A DNA stretch of 60,418 nucleotides, filler included, from Sluysia triapertura (lineage: Eukaryota), in NCBI GenBank assembly GCA_046118255.1. It is 5 parts of 5 records of this genome, joined end to end, with 100 filler letters (N's around TTAATTAATTAA, not from the genome) between each part and the next. Parts side by side here need not be neighbours in the genome. Positions count along the whole stretch, not along the records: positions 1 to 12,920 come from JBJNIA010072611.1; 4 more parts are not named here. One strand, 5' to 3'. Below the pieces are notes generated by a model, which was given only the letters and a program-made list of their open reading frames with translations, was not told the origin of the DNA and did not search any database. Below, piece after piece: positions 1 to 13,020 of the stretch. A program made the translations under genes and the position numbers. How positions within the stretch are numbered: position 1 is the first letter of the stretch; the number at the start of each line of letters is the position of its first letter.

Positions 1-70
<70 letters not shown>
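1..70. repeat. (ATA)n microsatellite at contig end
   Basis: Perfect ATA run. Similar runs at 24285-24325, 25685-25752, 29957-30029, 38123-38194, 39695-39735 and 49571-49620. Confidence 0.97.
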
Positions 71-72
<2 letters not shown>

Positions 73-1722
73 CTTACCAAATGAATACCAGTCATCCTGA
101 AATTAAACAAAACTGTTGTTATTCAAAGTTCATGACAAATTATTGAAAACGGAAATGCAATATTATTTTTGATTATAAATTTATTTATATAAAATTAAAT
201 AATGTATGAAAATCATTATTATAAACATTAATTTTATATTGTATTAAATTATATTATATTATACTTTACGAACTTGCTCAGTTGAATATTTAATTATTAT
301 TAGTCCTAGATATCTCGCATAAACAGAAAAAAACAAAATTGGATAGTGTGCTTTAGTAAGAATTTTCTTATTCAAGTTAATTAAAAATTTAAAATTAGAC
401 AAATAAAACAGATCTGATAATGCATTACTAGTATTTTCAACTAGATTAACTAGTTATATTCTTGCAATTAATCTACTGTAATTAATTCGCTAAACTTTAG
501 TTTTGCTTGGTTACATCAGGAATGAAATCTTGTCTAGCCAGCTTCATTACATATTACCGCCTTTATTATTCTATTATATAAATCCAAATAATTAATCTAT
601 TATGTTAATTTCAATATTTAAATATCATTGTGATTTGTTTGCCGCATCTTTAATTTTGCATTTAATTTTATTTGATGTCAAGTTGACATTTCTTAAAAGT
701 TTCATACTCATTTATGTCAAATAATCGTGAGGAACAATTTAAGAATAACATTTTTAAAAACGAGGGAGAACGTTAAAAAATATGTAATTCATTGTCATCG
801 TTTGAGATACAACTAGGTTAATGGTGCTAAATTGGTTTATCTGTTCGCCACCATATTAACACATGATTTTTCATCATATTTAACACATAATATTTATCAA
901 CTTTACGAAGTTTGAATTTTTGTTTGATACGAATAGTAAATTATCTGTCCAGCATAATCCAGTTAGAACGAACCATCAGGAGATCACAAATTGAGTCAGT
1001 ATTATCATTTTTGATTTAGCGCATCATCAATTAAATCTAATATAGACGTAGCGTTTTCATCATTTCTAAATTTAATTGACTCTATATCTTCGTAAATTCA
1101 ATAGATGAACCGTTGCTTCTTTGAAGTTTTGGACTGGTTCTAACATTAGTTCATCACTTGATTCTTCATTTTCTTCAATTATCGTTCCTATATTGTTGGA
1201 TATTTTTATATTTTCAACAAAATTTTTATCAGAGATTATGTCACTATTAATTACACCATTATTTACTTGCAAATAATTTAAGATAAGTTATTTTTACTTT
1301 AAAAAATTAGCTAGTAATTTTTTACAATATTTTTTAAAATTTCTTTATAATCATATTTTTTTTCTTTATAAAGTCATTAATAATGGTTGCTGGTTTAACA
1401 TTATTAAATTTTATTATAATCTATTAAATTTTATTATAATCTATTAAATTTTGAATATAAAAAATTAATCATTAACTTTTTAGAATTTTTATGATTTAGG
1501 CAATTTTTCATTTTTATAAATTGATTTTCTTTTAATATTTTATTACTAGATGTTTAGAAATAGTAATTCATTATAACAGTTTTGCTAAAGAATGCATGAA
1601 AATAAATAAAATTTCAAAGCACTTTGGACTAAGTTCGTTTTAAAGAGATTATAGGTATTTCAAAATTGTCCACGTAACGTAGGTCTCGAATGCAAGGTCA
1701 AGATCTAATAATTGAAACTAAC

Positions 1723-4700
1723 TCAGCTTGGATTTTATCAATAGAAATAATAGCTTCTTGATCTCGTTTAACGTCATTTACAAAACTAGCAACAGAACAC
1801 ATTTCTTCATGAGCTTTCTTTAAACCCAAAAATTCGTCATGATTTTCATCAGTATATTTTAGCAATGTCTGAATTACATAATTAAATAATTCAAGCTATT
1901 AAATTTATTGTAGATAATACAAAATATACGAAAAATGAAACTTGACAGTTTAATTTATAAAAAAGTCGATTTTATAATGCAATAAAATTTAATGTAGTTA
2001 AAAATAGATCAATGTAATAAACCATTAAACATTCTATATGTTCTATGGCATCGATTTTTATAAATGAGTGATAATTAATCTAGTTATTTGTGAGTTATTC
2101 AGTATTACTTTACAAGGGTAAATTACCCCCACATGAGGTAAAAGTGAGCAAAAATTTAAATTTTAGTTTTCAAAAATGAAAAGTTTAATAAAAAAATTTA
2201 CCATCACCAAACATTCAACTTGAAAAAACATTGTGTTGTGGTCAGGGAACAGGGTTAAATTACCCCCCCCAAGTAAAATTTTTTTGGGGAATAGCAAAAT
2301 TACTAAAATCATATTGGGGTAGTGGAGGTAAAAGTTTCCCGACCACGGATTTACAATATTGCTGTTTAATCATAAAAATGTAATTTTAAAATGTAGAAGT
2401 TTGTTTTTATAAAGTTTCTTATGTCATTTAGAATCATTCATAATTGCCTAATTATACTTATTCTAGCTAATTAATTTTGTAGAGAATATTATTAGTTTAA
2501 AAAAGGTTAATATTTCAGTAATAACATTATTTCAACAATTAACTTTATTTTTCATAAACTTAATAGTGGCAGAAATTTCTAATAAAAAAGAGAAAAATTG
2601 AACAAAAACTTTATTCTATTTATTCTATTTTAGTGGACTCTAAATCAACTCATCAAAATCACAAACATATTTCATCACAAATCAACACTTCTTACATAAA
2701 CAAATTACTAAACATAAACACAGCTATAATAATTTATAACTACTATAATGTTACAATTATTATCACAATAATAATAGCTACTATCGTGATGGCAATTACT
2801 ATTGTTATAATAATTTTCTGATTGTTGCTATGATAACTATTGTTGTTACATTGTTTAATAATGTTTGTTTTGCTCTTCCTCTTCTGTATGTTTCTATGTT
2901 CATCTTTATGAATATATTTTTATTATATCTGCTACTTCTACTTCATTATATTGTTAAAATTGTTTCCTTTGTGTATGTACATTTATTTTTATGCACGATG
3001 AAATAGATCAACATAAACAGCAACAAATTAAAGTATCATTAAAAGGAACAATATAAATAAATCATTTTGTGCATAGTAAAAATTAAATATATTTAGATCT
3101 ATGATAAACTGAAAGAAAATTATACCACTTAATAAGTTTAACAATTATTATAGTAAAAGTCAAAACATGAATTATAAAGAAAATTTTGGTTAAACCTAGA
3201 AAATAATTTACTTATTTTAATTCTATGTATTTTATATAATAAATATTAAATTAAAAGCTTAACAAAAAGTCAATGTTGATATTTTAAAAAATATATTCAA
3301 TAAATTATTCAATGCTTGATGGTAGCTCTTTAAGTTAATTAGCTTCTGATCAAAACGAAAGAAGACAGTTAAAATACGAAGTAATTGAATTTTGGGGTTT
3401 CAAATAAAAACGTCCACTTATCCAAAATCAAAAATTTTGGAATCGGCAATTTCATCATCACATGGTTTAGGTTTCATGAAATTAACTAATTGTTTTTGTA
3501 AATACGGATTTGTATTTGGAGTTATTTATTAAATGTCATTCATTATAATAGAAGTGCCGTATCCTATCCTAGAATTATCTATTGACCAGGTTACTTATTT
3601 AGTTCCAGAAATTTGTTTTGAAATATATAGAATTTTTATAGGTATAATATGGTATTTATATTCGTATCATTTTTAATAATTTTAATCATTTAACTTTCCT
3701 GAATATTGTATAAGTTAAAATGTATGGAAGTTTGCGATATAGAATACAATGGTTTAATTGTAGTAATATCGTTAGTTCTAAAAATTGTATTACTTTCGAT
3801 CATAATGTATCTACGGACAGTGTACATTTCTTATCCTATATTAAGTATTATGAGTACGTAAGATACAATTGTATATTAATCAGTATATTTATCATTATTA
3901 ATTATATTATCGGCTATATTTTTGTTTTTACATCAATTTCAGTAATGGAAACAACATGCTTTATAACAAATCTGTGTTCCATTATGTTGCTTCTTGTTCT
4001 TATTATTTATACATATACACATGATTTTGATATAAGTTACTTATTAAATTTGAGAGATGCATTTAATTATAAGGCATGGGAAGATTCATTTACGTTAGTT
4101 TTTGAATAAAAAATTATTGTCTTTGGTATAGTTATAAAATACGGTAGTTTTAAGTTGATATATTTAAGATTATATTAAATTTACCGAATTCGAAAGAAAG
4201 ACAAGTGAAATATAAGATGTTTTGGTGATTCATAATAATGTATTGTTACAAGATTGTTTGGTTAATGTTGGTGTGTTGATTTGTTTTTGTTAAATTTCAT
4301 TATTATATTATTTAATATGAAATTGTTTGTTTTAATTATGTAATCTGATTTTAATTTACTGAAGTTTATAAAAGGCCTTAAGCCTAAAAATATTGTTAAC
4401 ATAAAAAAATTATAAATCTTGTAAGAAAAATTATAAAATTTTTGAGGTTAATTTCAATTTAATATATATAAAGCCCTCTACAATAAGAAACTAAAAGTAC
4501 ACAGAAAAATATTAGCATTAAATTAAATTAAATATTTAAGTAATATTTGCTATAAGCTTGACATCGTGCTTTTTCTTTATTGTCATTTTATTATTCCAGG
4601 AAATTATTGCTTATGTTTATCGAGTTTAATACATTTAACAAATTTTAGTATGCCTCTTCTGTTATCACATTAGTACTTTACAATTCATTTAAAATTTTTA

Positions 4701-7700
4701 AGAGATTTCGAAGCCATGAATTCTGTTGGAGAAAAAGCAAAAATTGCTAATTTTGTTAAATTTTCAATGTAGACATGAGTTAAGAGAATCCAAACTGCAA
4801 GTTGTAGTTTCCTCATCTAAATTTTATTATTTTGTTTGAAGTTTCGATACTGTAATTCGAGATGTATTGTTTAAATATTTTGTTTATCATCCGAATTTTA
4901 TATCAAAAGATGAAGATTTATTAACATAGAAATTTGAACCCACTGCTAGATGCATGGGATATAGAAAAAATTATTGTAATAATGCTATATTGAATGTACA
5001 ACTAAATTTACCTATCAAAAGAAAGACAATTTTAAGATCAGAACTTGATAGATTTGGCTGAAAGTGAATGTTTCAAACTGTGTCGACAATATAGCCATGT
5101 AATCGGTGTTTTAAGTTTGTTATCCAACGAAGTGCTGAAAATCATTCGTGATAACGATCCTGAAAAATGGGAATAAAATGTCATTATTTATGTACCGAAT
5201 TTGGTTTATTGAAAATACATATCTTGTAATGGACTATAATACATTTCATTTGCATTGTCATATTTGTTGAGTAATCGTGCCCAAAAATAATTAGTTCTTA
5301 AAAGACCCTAAGTCAATTTTGAAGTTTCATATCAAGTGTAAAGGAATTAGCCTATTTTAAGTTCAAAAATTCAAACTAAAAGCCTTAAGCTCATTTTTGC
5401 CTTATAAAAGCTTGAAAATGTCAGACATAAAACTCTTTAAGCATGCCAATTTTTAAAATTAGTATATTCTGTCTTTAAACTTTACACTAGGCATTATCAA
5501 TTTATGCAGTAATGTTTTTAACACATTTTATGTCCTAAAAGTAATTAGATTAACTGCTGCATCAAATATGGTGTGACATTTTGATTATCTAAGGGATTAA
5601 GAATCATTATGCTAAATTTAAATCTTGATTATGTTTATTATCAAGTCGTGTGATAGCAAGTCAAGCATCAAACTTTTTTATTTGAAACTGTTCCTTTGTA
5701 TACTATGTTACTTTTATGATGAATGCAAGTTAATACATTTGATGCTTCAAGTTAAATATTCAAATAACATTTATAATTTTCAGAAACTCCAAAGGTTGTA
5801 TGTAAGTTTACAAAGTTTACCATTTTCAATAATCGTCTTTTAAATTGTAAAAGCATTAATATTTTGCCTGGTATTCTTAATTGCATCTTAAATTAACTTA
5901 ATCATTTTTAATACAATTGTGTTGATAAATACTTGTTCTGGTCTAAAAGTTTGGATAAATGAAAACAAAACACTAGAAATAATTTAAAAATTACTTGTAA
6001 TAATAGATGATATCGTAGAATTCTTTGCATAGGTAAAGTAAGTAAGTCTGGTAAAGGAAATTTTTTAAACTTTCCGGATTTTTCTTGGCACTTCTGAAAA
6101 GAAATTTAGTTTAATTATCAAACAATTTAAAAATACCTAAAATGCATAGTGTATATATAAATGCAACTTATAAACGTGATTTATAACTTCAAATATACTA
6201 CAACCAAATATTCTCGAAATTAAAATCTTTTCATTTTGTCTCAAAATAAAGTTGTACTTTTTCATAAATTTCGGAAATCATATCAAGAGATCAAGAGAAA
6301 AAAAATGATTTATAATTAAATTCTTGTCATAAGCACATATAAAAAGATATAAGATTAAAGTCGAGTTTAATTCAAATATTTATAATTGTATTCCACAATC
6401 TCGATTCTCTTATATCAAGTTATTCATCAATCATATATTGACAAAATACGAAATTTCACTACATTTCGTATAAAAGAATAAATCCTTGTAACAAAATTTT
6501 TAATAATTATATAAAAATCACCATTCATGTCATGAGCACATTAACATTGTCAAGAATGCATTTAATTTAAATCGAAATACTTATCTAGCTTCTATATTTT
6601 CCTATCTGGTGTTTAATAAAATATTAAATTTGATACAATTAAATAAATTATTAAGTATTTAATAATAATCTTAACTATCACTTCATAAAACATTTTTGAC
6701 TTACATCAAGCTGACTTCGTTTAGTAGCATTAGTTTTCACCATATCATGAACTAAATTTTGAGCTAACTGTATATTAGCACAATATTTTCCATAAATCAA
6801 TAGTTCTTGTTTGGCATCAATAAAAACATTGTATAATTTAAACTTAGATGGCACAGCAGCAATTGTTAATTTAGATAATAATACTTGATGAATTTTGTAT
6901 AAATCCTAAAATAAATTATATCAATCACAACATAAAAGTCACCAGTACATCAAACATTTAATAAAATAAACAAAATAATTAACTACTAAAAATCATATCT
7001 AATCAACAAATTACTTATCAAATATTATTGTGGGTCAAACAATGAATTAATTTCTATGAAAATGAACTAATATATTATAAAAGTTCAATAAGTTACATTG
7101 ATTTCAAAAACATTTATTGTATAAATTAATTTATTGCAAATACACTGCCGCAATTAATTTTGTAACCTGTATATTACAATTATAATTTTATATTGGTTGA
7201 AGTATCCACTCATGAATTGCGTGATTGATTTTTTTTAAAATTAATGCAAGTTATAATTTTACTCTACAACTGTTCATTTAGATTTATAACAATTTATTAC
7301 AAAATTTCCATCTTTTTATATTTAAAGAATCTGGTTAAACATATGGTAGTGCTTGAGAACAATACATGACTTTTTTTGACTGTGGCGACTTTTCAGTATT
7401 TTATGATTGAATATTCAAGTCCACTTTAAACGAATTTATAAAAGCTTTGACAATGCTGAAAGAATCAACAGGTCGAAGTTTTCCCGAAACTTATTCCATC
7501 ACAATAGAGCGTTAATACACTTTTAGAGCATTTTTGTCGACTCTCTTTTGTCTCCAATGTCTTAAAATTACTCATTTTTCTATTTTTTGGTTTCATCCAT
7601 TCTAAACCAAATTAGGTATTTTTAAAAATTCAAATGCTTGCATATACCAAATACGAAATCATAATCTTATTTTGTTACCAAATAATACACACACAATTTA

Positions 7701-10611
7701 TATTAAAACAATATTCAAATGTTTCCGCCAACTTTATCATAAATTTAAAATTAATATTAAAAACATATTCTAAACGTTAAATAAATAATATAATTTCCAT
7801 TGTATTATCATTTGAAAGAATTGTTTTTTTGACAGTACTTATTCTCGAATTCCTTGCTCATCCTCAGTGACCTGAACAACTAATAGTTTGATGATCATTG
7901 ATGGAAAGAGAAGTTCATAACAAAACATTTTAGTCTTCTCTTAAGCGATTTTTGTCACATGTGTTTGGCATTGTCTCCATGAAGTATGAATCCTTTGTAA
8001 TTTATTAGCACCGAAGCCAAACCCTCTAATTATTGACAATATATAGCAACAATGATTTTGTCTATATACAACAATTAATAAGATTATTCCACGAATATCA
8101 TACTATCAACATTACTTTTTTCGAGTACGTAAGTCTTAGAAAAGCGTATTTTATTATTTAAATCGGCAGAAATATTCCCACCAATCCAATATTTTATCTT
8201 TAAATTTAATAATAATTAATATTAAATTAATAATATAATAATAATAATAACCTCAATATAATTGAAGATCATATTAGTTTCATCAGGTTGTAGAAATTTT
8301 TGTAGAGGCACTTTGTAAAACTAGATAAAAACACAAGTTTATATTTTAATGAAATCTATAAAACAAAGATCTAGATTTTAATTTGAATTTGTATTGAATA
8401 TAATTATTTTATCAATAAACTTTCTTAAACTTATACATTTAGAAATTGCAAGCAATGATTCATTAATTTGAGTTATGTATTTGCGTTTTTATCTCAAAAT
8501 ATATTTTTATTCGTTAATTTAAAAAATTTTCTTGGCAATAGCAATAATCAGTTTTATTATTCCACTAAATATGGTCCATATTGCGCGACAAACAAGTTAA
8601 ATCTGTAGCATTAAAAACAATAAAAATTTCTAGCACAATTATTATTCAACATGCTCTCAATGAATTATTTAATTATATAATAGTGCAATGATTAATTTTA
8701 AATATAAATATTACAAAATTGGCGGCCTACCAGAAATATTAAATTTCTTTTTTGTACCTTTTCAAAATTCAAATTTTTTGCTTATCAAAATTTGTACTTC
8801 ACATATTCAAATTACGAAATTAACAAAATATAATAGATATAATATCAATCCTAATTATTAGCAATTAAGTTTTAAAAATACAATTAATTATATATCATAG
8901 TTAAATCATAAATTACTTGTATTAATACGTCAAGAGATTCAACATAATTTTTTTCAGATTCTACAATTTCCAAAATACACATATCACGCTTAGACTTTGT
9001 TACTGCTTGTATTACCTAAATAGAATGAAAATGAACTTTTAGTTTCAAAAAATATTTAACTCTTCTCTAAAATAAATACATAATCATAAAATGTAATTTG
9101 CAAATTTTATTTTTAAAAATTAAAATACAAAACATTGAATTTGAATATTAATAATAAAATGCAAATATCATTTAAATTAAAAATACAAATAATGATAGTG
9201 GCTAAAACTGTATGAAATTATTTTAAATTTTAATTTCTTCATACGTAAAAAATAGTTGATAAAAATATTTTAATTGAATATTTTATGAAATCCTAAATTA
9301 CTTAGTCGTATTGAAAGAAAGTTCACTAAAGACTAAATCGTAAAATATTTATATTTCAACTGTTTATAAAAAATAAATATTTAAGCATTCATGTAAAGAT
9401 TAAGAATTGAGTTAAGAAATATTTTATTAGTTTGATTAATTTAACAGTTTTCATAGTTTGAAACGTGATGATTTATTGTCGATATTTCAATAAGAAATTA
9501 ACACTGTTCACTTACTCGACAAACGCGTATCTTTTAATTCTGTATCTGTTAGATAGTAAGAAATAAATTATAATCAATGAATAATGTATAATCCTTTGAA
9601 ATGTTATAAAAAATTTAATATTAAAATAACCGGTTTATGTTGAACTAATGTTTCGTATATTTTATCTTCATCTTGATGTCTTCTATCACTTGATAATTTA
9701 CTTCGTTTTTTTGTATAGAGATCCCTTTATAATATACGATAATACAATTAATTAATTTACCCATTTATTACCAATTCTTCAACTTTAACGTAATATTTAT
9801 CATCTGGATTAATAACATGATTTCTAGGAAAACCCCTAAAATTAGAAATTAATCAAACTTTACTAATTATTATTTAATGCCAGAGAAAATTTTGAACATT
9901 AATGCATAAATCTTATATTAATACGTATTAATGCAAGCATTGTCCAAAACTTCATTTATTTTGTTTATGCAAATGTAGAAATACAAAATAACCGAATATA
10001 GTATAAAAACATTAGAAAACACATTTAAAACTCATACAAATCTTTGTACATTATAATAAAATTGTGAAAAATTAATCCAAATCAAAGTGTTAAATAAATT
10101 TAGTTTTTAAAAATCCAATAGCACGCTGTACAAAAATGAAATATTGTAATTTAGTATATATTTAGTCTATATTGAAAAATTTAAAATCTTACTCGATGTT
10201 ATTTTGCTTTGCATAAGTTGAATGAGATAACTTGGAAAGTAGCGAAATAAATTTTCCAAACTTCTTGCCAGTTAAAATATCATTTGGATTGATTAGTTCA
10301 AGTTCCGAGAAATCAAAATATTTAACAAGTAATACATTAAAAAGCTTTAAATTAGCGAGGCACTCAAATTGAGAATCTTTAGGGTTACTGGTATATTCTC
10401 TATATTTATTAGGGTCTACTTCTTTATTTGACAGAGCTGATAATATATTAAGAAGAACAACACCATCCGCTAATTCTGGAATTAAATACATAGCGAAATC
10501 ATCTTTTGAGTCAAAATTAAGGTTTTCAAATAGTCCACATCTTTTAATCCACTCAAAACACTCAGATATATCATATTCGCAACACTCTTCACTCTCAATA
10601 TAATTATTCAT
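1723..10611 (-). CDS. VAV: Vav-family Rho/Rac GEF (CH domain, acidic region, DH domain); multi-exon, 3' part missing at the contig end
   Basis: GT-AG exons read by hand: 10611-10193 (CH: LADGVVLL..SQFECLANLKLF..KFGKFISLLSKLS), 9835-9761 (GFP..DDKYY), 9724-9631 (DLY..EDKIYETL), 9015-8917 (KRDMCILEIVESEKNYVESL), 8320-8252 (FYKVPLQKFL..IFNYIE), 6905-6705 (LLIYGKYC), 6093-5995 (LPDLLTLPMQRILRYHLLLQ), 1868-1723 (VASFVNDVKRD). Phases are compatible and the order matches Vav. Confidence 0.93.
2238..2346. mobile_element. Short MITE-like element with imperfect TIRs in a Vav intron
   Basis: gtggtcagggaac at the left and gtttcccgaccac at the right are imperfect inverted repeats. The G/C-run motif aaattaccccc is repeated at ~2120 and ~2260. 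Confidence 0.45.
2633..3000 (+). repeat. Repeat family B, diverged copy
   Basis: Shares ttcatcaca..aacacttc and aaacaaa(t/c)tactaaac blocks with the copies at 11151, 44682(-) and 45513. Confidence 0.6.
3560..4109 (+). pseudogene. Degenerate intronless membrane-protein fragment, antisense inside a Vav intron
   Basis: ORF 3720-4109 has two hydrophobic stretches. The upstream frame (ICFEIYRIFIGIIWYLYSY) is broken by stops. Family not identified. Confidence 0.3.
4371..4482 (+). repeat. Repeat family A (terminus ...GCCCTCTACA)
   Basis: ggccttaagccta...gccctc(t/c)aca is shared with 41952-42115(-) and 47683-47837(+). Confidence 0.7.
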
Positions 10612-11150
10612 CAACGCAATAAAATTCAACAAAATAGGTAAAGAAATTCACAATACATTACTTAAAAATATCACAAATAATATAACATAAACATGAAATT
10701 TATTTTTCAGAAAATACTAAATAATGTGTTTATGAATAAATTCAAGTTAGAGAAAGAATTTTTATAAACATTTAATCATATTTATTGATATATATGTAAC
10801 AAAAAATAATTATAAAATTTCAGTATTAAAACAATAAAACATCCTAAAAACATATACTTAGCATCAATGTAATTATTAAATTAAACCATTAAAAAAATTT
10901 ATAAATTTAAAAAATATTTAATTATAGGATTTTTGATAAATTTTAGTCCTTCAATTTTAGAAATTTGATAAGTTTTTATTTTAGAAAATAATTAAAAAGT
11001 TTAATACATTAAAAAACGTTTTAAAATACATTTTAAAAATACATTTAGTTGATAATATTTACTGCAGAGAGAATATTTCATTAAGAGGGATGTTTACTGT
11101 TATAATATATATTATTCTATGTATTTATTATTTATTTTGATAATGCTTAT

Positions 11151-12600
11151 TGTAGGGAAATCACATAAAATTCATCACACTTCATCACATAAAAACATTT
11201 TGTGAGAATTAAAGGCAAAAGTTTATAGAATAAAAGTTAAAGCTTTGATACCGTGAGTTCACCAACGTACTGGACTTACCAGCGAGGGCCAGCCGTTGGA
11301 TTTTACGTAAAGAAAAATCTTAAAGTCTAAAGTCTTAAAATGTTTAATGACTTCCTAACTAACAATCTGGAGGTAATTATTATTATCGTTATTATAGCTT
11401 GTCCTATTAACTTAATAATTATTTTACACAAATCCTATAATAATGATTCTTTATAATTTACACAAATCCTATAACAAGGATTCTTTATATTTTTTTTTCA
11501 ATTAGCGATTTTACTCCTTTTAATCAGAAACTCAGTACTATTTTATCTTTCAATTGATGATTTTATAATTATATCAAAACTCAATGCTTTTTCTTCTACG
11601 AAGATTTATTATATACACAGGAAAAATATGATATACAATAATAAAATAATAATAATATGCTTTACCGGAATTACTAATTGTAATTCTAATTTTACTAAAA
11701 TTTTAAAGATGATTTTACAGTGATCCATTACAAGATCACAAAAGTTAAAATGGATAAAAGATTTTGGGTATATTTTACAACGATATTTTTTAAAAATATC
11801 CTCCTTAAATAAAATAAACTAACGTTTACAAATTGATAATTAAATAGGTCAATAGGCGAAGTAATTATTTGTCCGATAAATTGCGTCAACAAAACTGCGA
11901 GAAGGCTGAGTTTGAAAAAATTGTCGAACGAACGAATTGTGAAAATTATGTTAAATGAATCTCTTTTAAAAATTGTGTGTGAATTGTGTTAATTGCATTG
12001 TTATTTATATTATTTCGTCTATTAACACTGGAGGTTAATTTAAACAAAATAAAAATTATTTCTAGTCAAAAATTTAATAAAATTCAAAAATAATTTTAAA
12101 ACCTACTATTAATATTAATAAAATAAATTTCCAAAATCGTAGTTAATAAAATAAATTTCCAAATAAATAAAATGAGTCCATGTTGATTTTAATATAAAAT
12201 CAATATAATTTATTATTTTTAGATAAATTCACCTTTGACAATTTCCATGTACACAGATTATTAAACAAACTACTAAACTCATTCATAAAGCAAACATAAT
12301 CATCGCACATAATTATCATTAACTACAGCTATTATTACAATTCAAATAGTATTAAACTATATATAATAATTATTGTCATTATTGTTATATAATATGATTA
12401 TCAAATAATAACTTTTATAATAAATTTCACAGTAAATTTCATATCATCACCAACAATTCAGTATTAATAAACATAATAACCACGCTATTGTTATCATTAT
12501 TGCTTCTTTATCCTTATTGCCAATCTTTCTTCTTATCCTTTCATTTTTTCCAGTTTATATATGTTGCGTTTATTGTTTTGTTTACTGATATCTCTCGTTA
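11151..12600 (+). repeat. Repeat family B copy split by a nested insertion
   Basis: Starts TGTAGGGAAATC. Alignment to the 45513 copy stops at 11200 and resumes at 12241. Confidence 0.75.
11201..12240. mobile_element. 1040-bp TG...CA insertion (family C, solo-LTR-like) with 4-bp ATTT target-site duplication
   Basis: attt|TGTGAGA...TTTGACA|attt. Removing it restores the B repeat. The terminal ~120 bp recurs inverted at ~57330-57451 and ~49250-49321. Confidence 0.72.
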
Positions 12601-12920
12601 TTAATTAAAAATCAAATAAAACTGAATCTCGATATATTCTCATATAACAATTACAAAAATCAAATCTTTTATATATCAAATATAATTCTATAAATAAACC
12701 TTTTTATATTACAATTATAGTTCTATAGATCAAACTTTTAATTCTTTAATAAATTATTGTCCAACGTTTTAAAAATCGCAGGGGTTACACAACATAAATG
12801 CTGTTACCACAAATAAAATATAAAGTAATAATAAAAATAAAATGAATCTTAACTCTCTACTAACCACTCAAACTTATTTCGTCTTAATGTTATTGCAGAA
12901 GAAAAAGACTCAATGAGTGT

Positions 12921-13020
12921 NNNNNNNNNNNNNNNNNNNNNNNNNNNNNNNNNNNNNNNNNNNNTTAATTAATTAANNNNNNNNNNNNNNNNNNNNNNNN
13001 NNNNNNNNNNNNNNNNNNNN
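12921..13020. other. Artificial contig linker (N run with TTAATTAATTAA)
   Basis: 100-bp spacer carrying stop codons in all six frames. Confidence 0.98.

Noticed and set aside
1000-1272. Possible Tigger/pogo transposase C-terminal remnant (EPVQNFKEATVHLLNL)
   Set aside because: No DDE or HTH motif recoverable; similarity is compositional only.
5225-5290. LINE RT-like peptide LSYLLSNRAQ
   Set aside because: Isolated short match with no flanking RT motifs.
11250-11266. PBS-like TGGTGAACTCACGG on the minus strand
   Set aside because: It lies ~50 bp inside the family C terminus, is not preceded by CA, and is absent from the homologous 57400 copy.
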